Part shown: positions 38,794 through 48,865 of the stretch, piece by piece | Layout of the letters: each line of letters starts with the position of its first letter | Position numbering within the stretch: position 1 is the stretch's first letter | Assembly (NCBI GenBank): GCA_963749495.1 | Contig: CAVVMW010000023.1 | Span: forward strand, 192,001-256,000 | Reading direction: 5' to 3' | Length of the DNA: 64,000 nucleotides | From: an uncultured bacterium | Lineage (GTDB): Bacteria > Verrucomicrobiota > Verrucomicrobiia > Limisphaerales > UBA8199 | Made by a program: the position numbers and the translations under genes | The notes under the pieces: generated by a model | The model's database searches: none | Seen by the model: the letters and a program-made list of their open reading frames with translations, nothing else | What the model was told of the DNA's origin: nothing

Positions 38794-39549
38794 ATGCTCA
38801 AGCGATTCACCGTGGGAACGGCAGCGGCGGCAGTGGGGCTGATGCTGGCAGGCTCCGCAAATGCGTCGTTGGCATTCCAAACCCCGGCGGGCTCAAGCAC
38901 CACGGATGGCAGTGTGGATGCCACGGCCACTTTTGCCTTAAGCGCCGGGGGTGTGACGCTTACGCTCCAGAATTTGCTCCAGAATCCAACGGCTGTCGGC
39001 CAGTTGATCAGCGCAATAACGTTCAATATCACGGGCGCCACTGGCTCGGGCGCTTCCGCGGTGAAATCCGGCCTTATCAGCACTATTTCGTCCGGAGGTT
39101 CTTACACTGCAGGACAGGCGGATTCACTGAGCCGTTGGGCCCTCAGCGAGTCAGGCACGCGGATTGGTTTGACGACCTTATCCGGCGGCCAGCCCAACAG
39201 CCTGATCATCGGGCCGGATAGCGCGGGGGGCTTTACCCAGAGCGGGAAGTATAGTAATGCAAATCCTTCGATCCCCAACCATACTCCCTCGGTGCTCGGG
39301 TCCGCGATCTTCGACATCACCATCCCCGGCGTCACGGGCACAAGCCAAATCTCCGATGTGGAGATTCAATTCGGCGGAACGGCGGGTGCGAATACGGTTG
39401 ACATGATTGCCGCCGTTCCCGAACCGACGACAATGTTTGCCGGTGCATTGATGCTCCTGCCGTTCGGGCTGGCTGCCCTTCGGGGGATAGGGGGGATAGG
39501 GGTCAGACCTCAACATTCGACGTTTGTTGGTGCAAATGTCAAATGTTGA
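38794..39549 (+). CDS. PEP-CTERM-type exosortase target protein
   Basis: Signal peptide, Ser/Thr/Gly-rich body, AVPEPTTMFAGALMLLPFG; C-terminus runs into a REP-like element. Confidence 0.85.
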   Translation: MLKRFTVGTAAAAVGLMLAGSANASLAFQTPAGSSTTDGSVDATATFALSAGGVTLTLQNLLQNPTAVGQLISAITFNITGATGSGASAVKSGLISTISSGGSYTAGQADSLSRWALSESGTRIGLTTLSGGQPNSLIIGPDSAGGFTQSGKYSNANPSIPNHTPSVLGSAIFDITIPGVTGTSQISDVEIQFGGTAGANTVDMIAAVPEPTTMFAGALMLLPFGLAALRGIGGIGVRPQHSTFVGANVKC

Positions 39550-39776
39550 GAGCTGACGCAATGCGCTCTCCCGTTGCTAAAGAGGTTTCTCGGGTCCCGG
39601 GATATGTTCCGTGGCGCCGGCCACCGTTATACTTCCCGGTCGGTTTTGTAATGGCGCTTCGCGCGAAAGCGTGTAAGAAGGTTCAGGCAAACCAGTGGCG
39701 CGGCCGGACCGACAGTCCCGGCCGGCCACCGGCCGAACTAAAACCATAACAGGAAACGCAGATTGCAACGACGAGT

Positions 39777-40520
39777 ATGAAATTAGCACGCTTGATCGCG
39801 CCGGTATTAATCGGTTCCTCCCTGACTCTCACGCGGCCCACGGCGGCGGCCGACACGCCCACCGTCAACTCCATCCTGGCCAAGCACGTCGAGGCCGTCG
39901 GCGGCAAGGAGGCGATGGAGAAGGTCCATTCCCGCGTCGTCCAAATCAGAATCGAATCCGACGCCTTCGGCAATAGCGAAGGAGAGGTCTTCGCCAAAGC
40001 GCCCGACTGGCAGCGGTCGCACATTGATTTGGGCGCGGCCGGTATCATCGATGAGGGCTTTGACGGGACCGTGGCCTGGGTGAAAAACCCCTGGCAAGGT
40101 CTGCGGGTCAAGACCGGGGACGAACTGGCGAAGGTGAGACGTGACGCGCGGCTCAATCGGGAGGTGAACCTCAAAAGCCTCTACCCGGACCTGGCGTACA
40201 AAGGCACTGAGAAAGTGGGTGACGAAGAAGCCTGGCTCCTCGAGTCGAAGCCATCCGCCTCGAGCAAAGAAAAGTTCTGGTTCAGCACGAAGACCGCCCT
40301 GGTGATCCGGCAGGAATCGGAATACCAAGGCCCCGAGGGGGTCGTCAATGTCAACGTGTTCCCGCGGGATTACAAGGCCTTTGACGGCCTGAAATTCCCC
40401 GGCGCCATGAAAATGAAAATCTCGACCGTCGGCCAGGAATTTGAGTTCACGATGAAGTTCCTGGGCGTAAAACACAACGTGGAGATCGACGCGGCCAAGT
40501 TCGCCAAACCTGCGGAGTGA
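39777..40520 (+). CDS. Secreted LolA-like / outer-membrane lipoprotein-sorting fold protein
   Basis: Signal peptide, ILAKHVEAVGGKEA, GFDGTVAW, DYKAFDGLKFP, VKHNVEIDAAKFAKP. Confidence 0.75.
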   Translation: MKLARLIAPVLIGSSLTLTRPTAAADTPTVNSILAKHVEAVGGKEAMEKVHSRVVQIRIESDAFGNSEGEVFAKAPDWQRSHIDLGAAGIIDEGFDGTVAWVKNPWQGLRVKTGDELAKVRRDARLNREVNLKSLYPDLAYKGTEKVGDEEAWLLESKPSASSKEKFWFSTKTALVIRQESEYQGPEGVVNVNVFPRDYKAFDGLKFPGAMKMKISTVGQEFEFTMKFLGVKHNVEIDAAKFAKPAE

Positions 40521-40811
40521 GGTTTTAATCCAAACCCTGAACAGGAGAAAACAGAGAGAACGGAGATAAGAGCTCTGTTCCCTCCGTTGCCTCCTGTTAA
40601 AAACGGCGAAAGGACAGGCAAACAGACCACCAGCCTCGTCAACGCCCTCTACCTCGCAGACAGTTTCGGGCAGCTTGTGCAGAATAAGGAGGAGGCGGTT
40701 TCTGACTTCCCGGTGAGCGCCACCGCGAATGAAGCGCACTGCACCGTTCCGCCGCACGCGATCGTCTTTGTGACGCTCGCCGGTTCGCAATAGACGCCGG
40801 TAACTGTTCAG

Positions 40812-40928
40812 GTGTGGGGCAGACCTCTGGTCTGCCGGTTCACGGAGCCTCCGGCTCCGTGTCCCTTGCAGTTGCGACGCTCGGGGCCGGAGGCCCCTCC
40901 AACCGGCAGACCGGAGGTCTGCCCCACG
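40812..40928. repeat. REP-like inverted repeat
   Basis: gtggggcagacctctggtctgccggtt / aaccggcagaccggaggtctgccccac. Confidence 0.8.
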
Positions 40929-41005
40929 CATCCCCACTTGAGCAGTTGCAGACGCCGCTTATGAAAGCAGTTGTGCGGGAATGGGCTGCGGGCCATGCTC
41001 GGTGC

Positions 41006-43888
41006 ATGAATGTTTCGCTTCTGCCTGGCCCGGTCAGGTGCGCCATTGTGGCAGCATGTCTGCTCACAGGGATCGGCTTCGAGGGTGTGTGCGCGACTGT
41101 CGGCTTGAATCTGGCCGCTGCCTCGGCGGGCCTCGAGGCCAGCGCGGAGAGCGTGATCCCGCCCACACAACGCTGGTCTGCGGTCATCTCGCCGGACAAT
41201 TCCCTCGAGTTTTACCTGGTGAAGGACCAGGCCCCGGTGGCCCGGCTTGGCCTGGGCGGCTGGGGACCGAATTGGCAGTGGGTCGGGGTGTCGTCCAAGG
41301 ACAAAGCCGGCGGCCAAGGGCTTGACACCAGCGTGCCGTTCGTCGTGAACCAGGCGAGGGGCGAGGTCATCCAGATTCGGTTGCAGGTTGCGAAAACCGG
41401 GCCGCGGCAGGTCTCGTTCCGCTACGGGTTGAGCGCGGCCAAAGATGTTCCGATCACAATGGTCATGGCCGGCCTTGGCATAGATAAGGCCGTTGCGCGG
41501 GGCCAATTGAGGGCCTTTCAAGCCAACGGACAACCGAGTGAGCGGCCACTGCCCTTTGGCCGGGGTTCGCTGCCGGCGACCTCGAACCTGGTGCTGCATT
41601 TGGAGAAGGGCGGAGACCTCGCTCTTGCCCTGGACCCGCCTTGCCTGATCGCGTTCGACGGCGATATGCGCATACTGCTGGCCTCGGAAGTGTTCAAAGC
41701 GGGTTCCCGCACCAATACGCTGACGGTTACATTCCCTGCCGAAACCGAATTTGTGGCCCGGCCCGAGGACCTCGCCCCGTTCATCCGGACCCTGGCCGGC
41801 CCGGATTGGTTTGCGTTTGCGCCGACGGACGACCCCGGCCCGAGCGTCATCAGCATGAACCCGTGGCTGGACAAGCCGGCGGGCGCGCATGGCGGCGTGC
41901 GCATGGCGGGCGATCATTTCGAGTTCGAGGACAAGACGCCCGTCAAGTTCTGGGGAGTCAATCTCTCCTACGGCGGCGGCTGCGCGCCGGAGAAGAAGAC
42001 CGCCGAGTTCACCGCCTCCCGCTTCGCCAACTACGGGGTCAACGGCGTGCGCCTGCACAAATTCTCATACCCTGCGGACCAGATGGGCATCGGCGACCTC
42101 AACGACGCCACCCAAATGACGCCCGAGGGCCTGGACCGGCTCGATTACTTCGCGGCGCAGCTCAAGAGCAACGGAGTTTATTTCGGCTGGTCGCACACCT
42201 ACGGCTTCCACGTCTGCCCCGGGAACCGCTCGCGCCTGCTGGCTTACGACGAAATCGAGCGCAACCTGAAGCGCAACACCTACGGGTTCATCAACTTTGC
42301 CGAGGATGTCCAGGACCTGATGATCGAGATGGTGGTCAACCTGCTCGGGCACCGCAATCCTTACACCGGCCTCACGTACGCCCAGGAGCCGGCGCTCTCT
42401 TTCATCGAACTGCAAAACGAGGACGACATCTTTTTCTACACCTCGGAAAAGGCCTTTGCCGCCTGTCCAACGTATCGCCGGCACTTTACCTCCCGTTTCT
42501 GCGACTGGCTTCAGGCCAGGTATGGCACGGAGGAGAAGCTCAAGCAGGCTTGGGCCGAGGCGCTCAAGCCCGGCGAGAGCCTGGCGGCAAAGAACATCGA
42601 ACCCCAGACCAACCCGTGGTTTTTTGGCCAGGACAATCTGCCCCGGCAGTCCGGCGGGCCGCGCCAGCGCCTGCTGGATGGCGCCGCCTGGCTGCACGAA
42701 ACTCAAAACCGGTTCTATGCCCGCTTCACCAAGGCGATCCGCGATGCCGGCTACCAGGGGCCGCTCTGCGGCTCACCCTGGCAAGCGCCCGCCATGCTGC
42801 CGCACTACTACAACCTTCGCTCAGATGCGTTGGTGGGCTACATCGACCGCCATGATTATTTTGGCGGAGCACTGTCCGATTCCATGCTGGCCCATCCGGG
42901 CAGCGGCTATTTTTCTGCCGGCTTGCAACAGTTGGCCAACCGGCCGTTCGGGTTGAGCGAATGGATTCACGTCTATCCCTCGCTCTACAGCGCCAAGGGC
43001 CCGGCCATCGTCGCGGCGTACGGCATGGGCCTGCAGGGCTGGGATGCCAGCTATGAATTCCAGGCCCAGGCCGCTCCCCGCCTCTTCAGCAACCGCGCCG
43101 GCTGGCCGCCCTGGGGCGTGTGGGAAGCCGACGTGCCGACCCAACTGGGCCAGTATCCGGCCCTGGCCCGAATGCTCTACCGCGGTGACGTGCGCCAGGG
43201 GGAGATTATCTCGACGCGCCGCGTGAGCCCCGAGGAGCTTGCAACCGGCCGCTTCGGCTTTTCCGACACGGTGACGCAGGAAGGCGACATCAAGTCCTTC
43301 GGCGGCAGCGTGTCTCCGGAGGCTTTGGCCGCAGGGCGGGTCGTCCTCGAGTTCACCGACAGGCCACAGCCCTCGAACCTCCCGGACCTCGCGAAGTACC
43401 GGGCAGGCTCCGCGATCCTCTCCGGCACAGGCCAGCTTGCCTGGGACACCGCGCGCCGGGGCTTCTTCACGGTCAACACGCCGGGCACCAAGGCTGTCGT
43501 CGGTTTTGCCGAGGGCAAGGACCTCCGGCTCGGTGACGTCACCATCCGGCTCGCCTGCCCATACGCCTCCGTCTTCCTGACCGCCATGGACCGCAACGTC
43601 ACGCTGGCGGACGCCAAGAGCGCCCTCCTTTGCGCTGTGGCGCGCAATTGCAACAGCGGCTTCAGGTATTTCACCCTCGATTCCCACACCCTGGACAACG
43701 GACAGGACCCCATCCTCCTCGAGCCCGTGCGGGCCACGCTTGCTATCTCCGGCCGGAGCGTCGCCGCGGTGAACGTCCTGGACCACAGCGGCCGCCGCAC
43801 CGGCCAATCCCTGCCCGTCGCCTCGGGTCGTTTCAGTATCAACGGTGCGCATGACCGAACCCTCTATTACGAGGTCCTGTTCAAGTGA
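41006..43888 (+). CDS. Secreted clan GH-A glycoside hydrolase (GH5/GH42-like)
   Basis: KFWGVNL, GVNGVRLH, NPYTGL.YAQEPA...IELQNE (acid/base), GLSEW (nucleophile). Confidence 0.8.
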   Translation: MNVSLLPGPVRCAIVAACLLTGIGFEGVCATVGLNLAAASAGLEASAESVIPPTQRWSAVISPDNSLEFYLVKDQAPVARLGLGGWGPNWQWVGVSSKDKAGGQGLDTSVPFVVNQARGEVIQIRLQVAKTGPRQVSFRYGLSAAKDVPITMVMAGLGIDKAVARGQLRAFQANGQPSERPLPFGRGSLPATSNLVLHLEKGGDLALALDPPCLIAFDGDMRILLASEVFKAGSRTNTLTVTFPAETEFVARPEDLAPFIRTLAGPDWFAFAPTDDPGPSVISMNPWLDKPAGAHGGVRMAGDHFEFEDKTPVKFWGVNLSYGGGCAPEKKTAEFTASRFANYGVNGVRLHKFSYPADQMGIGDLNDATQMTPEGLDRLDYFAAQLKSNGVYFGWSHTYGFHVCPGNRSRLLAYDEIERNLKRNTYGFINFAEDVQDLMIEMVVNLLGHRNPYTGLTYAQEPALSFIELQNEDDIFFYTSEKAFAACPTYRRHFTSRFCDWLQARYGTEEKLKQAWAEALKPGESLAAKNIEPQTNPWFFGQDNLPRQSGGPRQRLLDGAAWLHETQNRFYARFTKAIRDAGYQGPLCGSPWQAPAMLPHYYNLRSDALVGYIDRHDYFGGALSDSMLAHPGSGYFSAGLQQLANRPFGLSEWIHVYPSLYSAKGPAIVAAYGMGLQGWDASYEFQAQAAPRLFSNRAGWPPWGVWEADVPTQLGQYPALARMLYRGDVRQGEIISTRRVSPEELATGRFGFSDTVTQEGDIKSFGGSVSPEALAAGRVVLEFTDRPQPSNLPDLAKYRAGSAILSGTGQLAWDTARRGFFTVNTPGTKAVVGFAEGKDLRLGDVTIRLACPYASVFLTAMDRNVTLADAKSALLCAVARNCNSGFRYFTLDSHTLDNGQDPILLEPVRATLAISGRSVAAVNVLDHSGRRTGQSLPVASGRFSINGAHDRTLYYEVLFK

Positions 43889-44949
43889 TCTCCCGTTTTT
43901 GCACTATCCTGGGGCTTTGCCTCGCTCCGCCAATCGCTCTGCTCCAGGGCGAAGAGATGAGGCCGGAATTTGCCAAGCTGGCCCCGGCGGCGCCGTGCCC
44001 GGCCCTGGTGGAAGCTGCCCGGACCAACCATATCCCGATTGCCGGGTTGGATCCTCCCGGCCCGGCCGAGAGCCTTGAACCGGGCGACTCCACGACCGCT
44101 TTGATCACGCTGTTTGAGAAGGGCGGACGGAAGACGCAGTGGCTCCTCTACGTCGAGGCCGCCGCGCCCACAGCCGAAGAGAAATCGCTCGGTCGGCGGG
44201 CGCCGACAGTCTTGTACGTGGGGCCTGGAGACAAAGTGCAGTTCGCTCGTTGGTTGGCGCCGGTCACAATGCGGCTGCTCGGCCCCTTTGTGGAGGCGGA
44301 CGGCAAAGGGAAGGCTGCGAGGGCGCAAGACAGAATCGCGCGCACCGTCGTGGACGGGGGCCTTCTTGGCGTTGGCCTGGACGAAGCTGCGGCGGCGATC
44401 CACCGGATGGCACAAACCAACCTGAAAGGCAGATTCCCGGTTCGCCGAGTACCATTCACCGAGGCCCAAGTTGCCGAGGGGCGCAAGACGGTCACCTTGC
44501 TGCAACTGACTGCGAAGGAACAACGCGCGCTGGCCGGCTCGCCCCTGGCGCTGAGTTCCTACGTTCGCCTCGTCCAGCAAACTCCGGGCCTTGATCACCT
44601 ATTCTATAAAATCGTGGAACCACCATCGGTTTGGTCAGTCGCGCGGCATCTCGGCGTGAAGGTCTCTCTCGACCTCGAAAGAGAACACCTCGCCCCGGCA
44701 GACGCAGGCGCATGGAATTTGCCACCCGGCACGCGGGCCTACCATTTTCCACTGGCCATTCGGATGAATGGCCAGCCTGCGCTCATTGCCACCCTGGTGG
44801 TGGCGCCCGCGCGTCCGCCTTTGCTGGCCTGCGGCGGCATCGTTGGTCTGCTTGCCGAGAGGCCCAACGACAAAGACACTTATTTGACCCTGCGAATTAT
44901 CAGCGCTCACTCCCGCGCCAGTCCTTGCAGGAAGGCAGCATTGGATTAG
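43885..44949 (+). CDS. Hypothetical exported protein
   Basis: 354-aa ORF, GTGA overlap with the upstream gene, N-terminal hydrophobic segment. Confidence 0.65.
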   Translation: MISRFCTILGLCLAPPIALLQGEEMRPEFAKLAPAAPCPALVEAARTNHIPIAGLDPPGPAESLEPGDSTTALITLFEKGGRKTQWLLYVEAAAPTAEEKSLGRRAPTVLYVGPGDKVQFARWLAPVTMRLLGPFVEADGKGKAARAQDRIARTVVDGGLLGVGLDEAAAAIHRMAQTNLKGRFPVRRVPFTEAQVAEGRKTVTLLQLTAKEQRALAGSPLALSSYVRLVQQTPGLDHLFYKIVEPPSVWSVARHLGVKVSLDLEREHLAPADAGAWNLPPGTRAYHFPLAIRMNGQPALIATLVVAPARPPLLACGGIVGLLAERPNDKDTYLTLRIISAHSRASPCRKAALD

Positions 44950-44957
44950 GCGCTATT

Positions 44958-45139
44958 ATGAAAGATTCCATCGCTGCAAATCGCGCCCGGCTGCTCAAGG
45001 GCATTTTCCCGGAGGGAGTTCCCCTCTTGTGGTGCGCGACGGCCGGCCCGTGGCGGCGCAAGATGTCCTGAGCGGCAGGCAGGTGGACGCTCCGTTCACC
45101 CTTGCGCCTCTTGAGGTGCGATTGCTCAAACTCCGGTGA
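44958..45139 (+). pseudogene. Fused gene fragments (DHDPS-family-like N-terminus joined to an unrelated C-terminus)
   Basis: MKDSIAANRARLLKGIFPEGVPLLWC, followed in another frame by LSGRQVDAPFTLAPLEVRLLKLR*. Confidence 0.35.
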
Positions 45140-45415
45140 ACCGGACCTGGCGACTGGGTTATTGGAGTAATGGGTTGATGGATTATTGGATAGCGCTTCG
45201 CGAGTCGAGACCAGGTTGCCGGACCAGAGAAAGCGAACATGGGTGCGCGGGTGTGAGCACTTTCAGGTTCCGGGCGTGGTGAGTTTCGGCAGGGTCTCTA
45301 AGCCGGACATCGCTCCCGCAGGGCGGGACGAGCATGGTGGCGCGAGTCCAATTCGGGAATTTTCGAAATCTTTTTAGTTGAGTATGCCCGAAAGAAGCCG
45401 CAGTATTGTCTGCCT

Positions 45416-46523
45416 GTGATACGTCGTCTGTACATTCATAATTTCAGGTGCCTGGAGAATTTCGAATTGCCCCTCGCTGGCCACTCGTCGGTCCTGCTGA
45501 TGGGAAAAAACGGCGCGGGAAAGACGACTGTGGGTCTTGCGCTCGAAGATTCTGCAAAGGATCGCTCGAGGAACGAACCGAATAAGCACCCTTGTCACCC
45601 CAAAGGACTTCGCACGCGGCCGCTCGGATGTTCCCATCCGGTTCGAAATCGAGATCGAGTTGGGAGCCAAGATTTACGAGTTCATTCTCGCATTCGAGCT
45701 CCCAGAGGGCTTTAAGGAACTTCGTGTGCTTCAGGAGAGGCTTGCCGTTGACGGCAAACCCGTGTACACGCGAGACAAGGCTCAAGTGCATCTTGCCAGG
45801 ACAAGCCAGGATAAGGAGGCGAAATTCCTCATTGACTGGCATCTAGTTGCTCTTCCAATCGTTCAGGAAACTTCCGCCAACGATCCGTTGCTCATTTTCA
45901 AGCAATGGCTCGGTCGAATGCTCGTTCTTCGGCCGGTGCCCAGCTTGATTTCGGGTGACTCAAAGGAGGAGCAATTGCAGCCTAACGTGCAGGTTACGGA
46001 CTTCGGCGCGTGGTTTTCAGGCCTGCTGGCCTACTCACCGGCGGCATATTCAAGAATCGACCAATACCTCAGACAGATTATGCCGGATTTGAAAGACATC
46101 AAGAATCCGGTGGTTGGCAAGGATTTCAGAAGTCTCACGGTACAGTTCTCCAATCAGAACGGAACTCTGAGCGTACCGTTCGAGGATCTGTCGGACGGTG
46201 AGAAATGTTTCATGATTTGCGCTGTGACCCTTGGCGCGAACGACGCCTACGGCCCAGTGCTGTGTTTCTGGGACGAACCGGATAATTACCTGGCATTGTC
46301 TGAGGTCGGACATTTTGTGATGGCGCTCCGCAGGGGATTCCAGTCGGGAGGCCAGTTTATCGCGACCTCCCACAACCCCGAGGCCGTGCGCCGTTTTTCC
46401 GACGAGAACACGTTCCTTCTCGTTCGGAAAAGCCACCTTGAGCCTACGACGGTCCGGGTCCTGAGCCAGATTGTGAAGGGGGATCTTGTCAGTGCGTTGG
46501 TGCAAGGCGACCTGGAACCATGA
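45416..46523 (+). CDS. ABC-type ATPase (AAA_15/AAA_21); frameshift near 45545
   Basis: IHNFRCL, GKNGAGKT (Walker A), LSDGE (signature), FWDEPD (Walker B), ATSHN. Confidence 0.88.
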
Positions 46524-47011
46524 GCGTGAACAGGCATCAGCCGCATGTGTATGTCCTTCCCGAGGACGATGCCAACCGCCAACTGGCGAACGGCTTCCTC
46601 CTGCACCCGGACCTTCTGGCTCGGAACATTCAGGTGCTTCCAGAGGTCGGTGGCTGGCATGAGGTATTGAGGCATTTCAAATCAGATTACGCCCACGGGA
46701 TGGAACGCTATGAGGAGGGATTTATGGTTCTTTTAATCGACTTCGACGGCGATGAAACGCGCCTCGCCGATGCGCAAGCTTGCATTCCGCCTTCGCTGAA
46801 AAATAGAGTTTTTGTTATCGGCGCATTAACACAGCCCGAGGGCCTCCGAGCGCAACTCGGTTCCTACGAAACGATCGGTCTGGCGTTGGCCAAGGATTGC
46901 CGCGAAAATACCAATGCGGCCTGGGGGTCGGATCTTCTCCGGCACAATGCAACGGAGCTTAAGCGTCTGCGCCAGCACGTCTTCCCCATCTTGTTTGCCC
47001 GAGCAGCCTGA
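46520..47011 (+). CDS. TOPRIM-like protein partnering the ATPase
   Basis: VLPEDD...GG...LLIDFD acidic pattern; ATGA overlap. Confidence 0.7.
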   Translation: MSVNRHQPHVYVLPEDDANRQLANGFLLHPDLLARNIQVLPEVGGWHEVLRHFKSDYAHGMERYEEGFMVLLIDFDGDETRLADAQACIPPSLKNRVFVIGALTQPEGLRAQLGSYETIGLALAKDCRENTNAAWGSDLLRHNATELKRLRQHVFPILFARAA

Positions 47012-47055
47012 AAGCAATCGCTTGAGGCACCAGTGTGCGAATTCATCAATCCGGG

Positions 47056-47196
47056 TTCGATAAGCAGATTGAGGGCAGCCTGCGAGAGGCGGAAAGGCTG
47101 GCGGCAGAGGCGAACGACTCTCCTCTCCGGCAGCGGTTGGGGCGGCTTGGGAAGCTGCCGTGAGCATCCCGCTCTACATGGATGTCCGTGTCCCCG
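47056..47196 (+). pseudogene. Junction remnant of a DUF433 antitoxin / DUF5615 PIN toxin pair
   Basis: FDKQIEGSLREAERLAAEANDSPLRQRLGRLGKLP* overlapping (GTGA) MSIPLYMDVRVP. Confidence 0.55.
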
Positions 47197-47247
47197 CTCC
47201 TTTTTTTCTGTCCCGACGCCCTCCGGGGCGGCTATCCTCGATGCGCC

Positions 47248-48740
47248 ATGAAAAAGCAAGTTCCCATGAATGTTTTCGCTGCGACGGCCGCCTGGCTTCT
47301 GATTCTGGGCTCCGCGTCCACCGGCCAGGTTCCCGCCCCTCGCATCGTGCATCGGACCGTTGACCTCCGCGTCGGCGAGGCCCAGGACGTTACGCTCTCC
47401 GACGGAAGGACGGTTCAGGTCAAACTCCTGGACCTCCAGGAACGCCGGGACGAGGTCAATGGTGCCGTCCGGCAGGCCGAGGTCCGAGTCGAGGTGGACG
47501 GGCAAGTCACGAACCTCACGAGCGGGACGTACCATTTGCCGGTGACTTTCGGGAGCGTGCAGATCGACTGCCCGATCACCAAGGGATACCTCGAGAAAGC
47601 GGGGGACAGAACCCCTGGGGGCTGCTCAAGGACGCGCGCCTGAGGCTTTGGCCTGCGGGGTCTCCCTGGATCCCTCGGGACACTTTCGTTTACCCCGCCA
47701 GGCAGCGGTGGTTCGCGAGCTTCACGCAGATGGCGAACGAGCCGGTCTATGTGGATGGGGGCGAACTGCCGGCGAAGAAGGAGATCTACTACCACTTCGG
47801 ACTGGACATCGGCGGCTCCGAAGGGCTGGTCGATGTGGTGTCGGCCACGGAGGGCATTGTCACTTCCTCCGGGAACGAGGTGCTGGCCGGCCAGGCGCCG
47901 GATGCGCCGGCCGAACCCCGCTACGACAACGTTTATATCCTCGATGCCCGTGGCTGGTATTGCCGGTACAGCCACCTCAAATTCATCGAGCCGGCGGTGC
48001 GGCCGGGCGCGCGGATAGCCCTGGGCCAGAAGCTCGGGGTACTGGGCAAGGAAGGAGGCAGCGGCGGCTGGTCCCATTTGCATTTCGACATCTGGGCCCG
48101 CCAGCCCTCGGGGCTGTGGGGCATCGAAGAGGGATACGCCTTTCTCTGGCAGGCCTATGAGCAGGAACATCCGCGCGAACTGGTCGCCGTGGCCCGGCCC
48201 CATGCCCTGGTGTGGGCGGGCCAGAAGGTCACGCTGGACGGTTCGCGTTCCCGGGGGCAGGGTCTGCGCCATGAGTGGAGGTTCACCGAGGGGGGAAGCG
48301 CGAGCGGAGAGCGCGTCGAGCGCACATACAACACGCCGGGCACTTATTGCGAAACCCTCAAGGCCACGGACGCGGCGGGCCGGGTCGATTACGATTTCAT
48401 GGCCGTCCAGGTGATCAACCGGGCCCATCCGGACCAGCCCCCGCCGACGATTCACGCCAATTATGCGCCGACGTTCGGGATCCGGCCGGGTGATCCGGTG
48501 GTTTTCAAAGTGCGCACGTTCCGGGACAAGGCGGGCGGGGAAACCTGGGACTTCGGTGACGGCACTCCCCCTGTCCGAGTGAAATCAGATGCGAACTTGG
48601 ACCGCCAGGCACCCAATGGCTACGCCGAGGCGAGGCACGTGTATGAAAAACCCGGCCATTACCTGGTGAGCGTCGAACACGTCAGCGCCGAGGGGGTCCG
48701 GGCGGTGGCTCGCCTGCAAGTGCGAGTGGGCATTGAGTGA
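47248..48740 (+). CDS. Secreted M23-peptidase-like + PKD domain protein; frameshift near 47615
   Basis: Signal peptide, HFGLDIG (HxxxD), YSHL, WSHLHF (HxH), WDFGDG. Confidence 0.8.
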
Positions 48741-48865
48741 CGGCAACTGCCGTTCTTGAGAGTCTTCATCATCATACGCATGTTGACATCCTCGGGGCCA
48801 TCAGTTTAATTTTGTTGCCGCTGTTTCTGTTTGCTGTTTGCGAATGCTGTAAACACCTCTTTCCT

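Noticed and set aside
45200..45360. Group II intron or structured RNA remnant
   Set aside because: Only a vague resemblance (gtgcg, ggcgcgagtcc); no domain V or RT gene seen.
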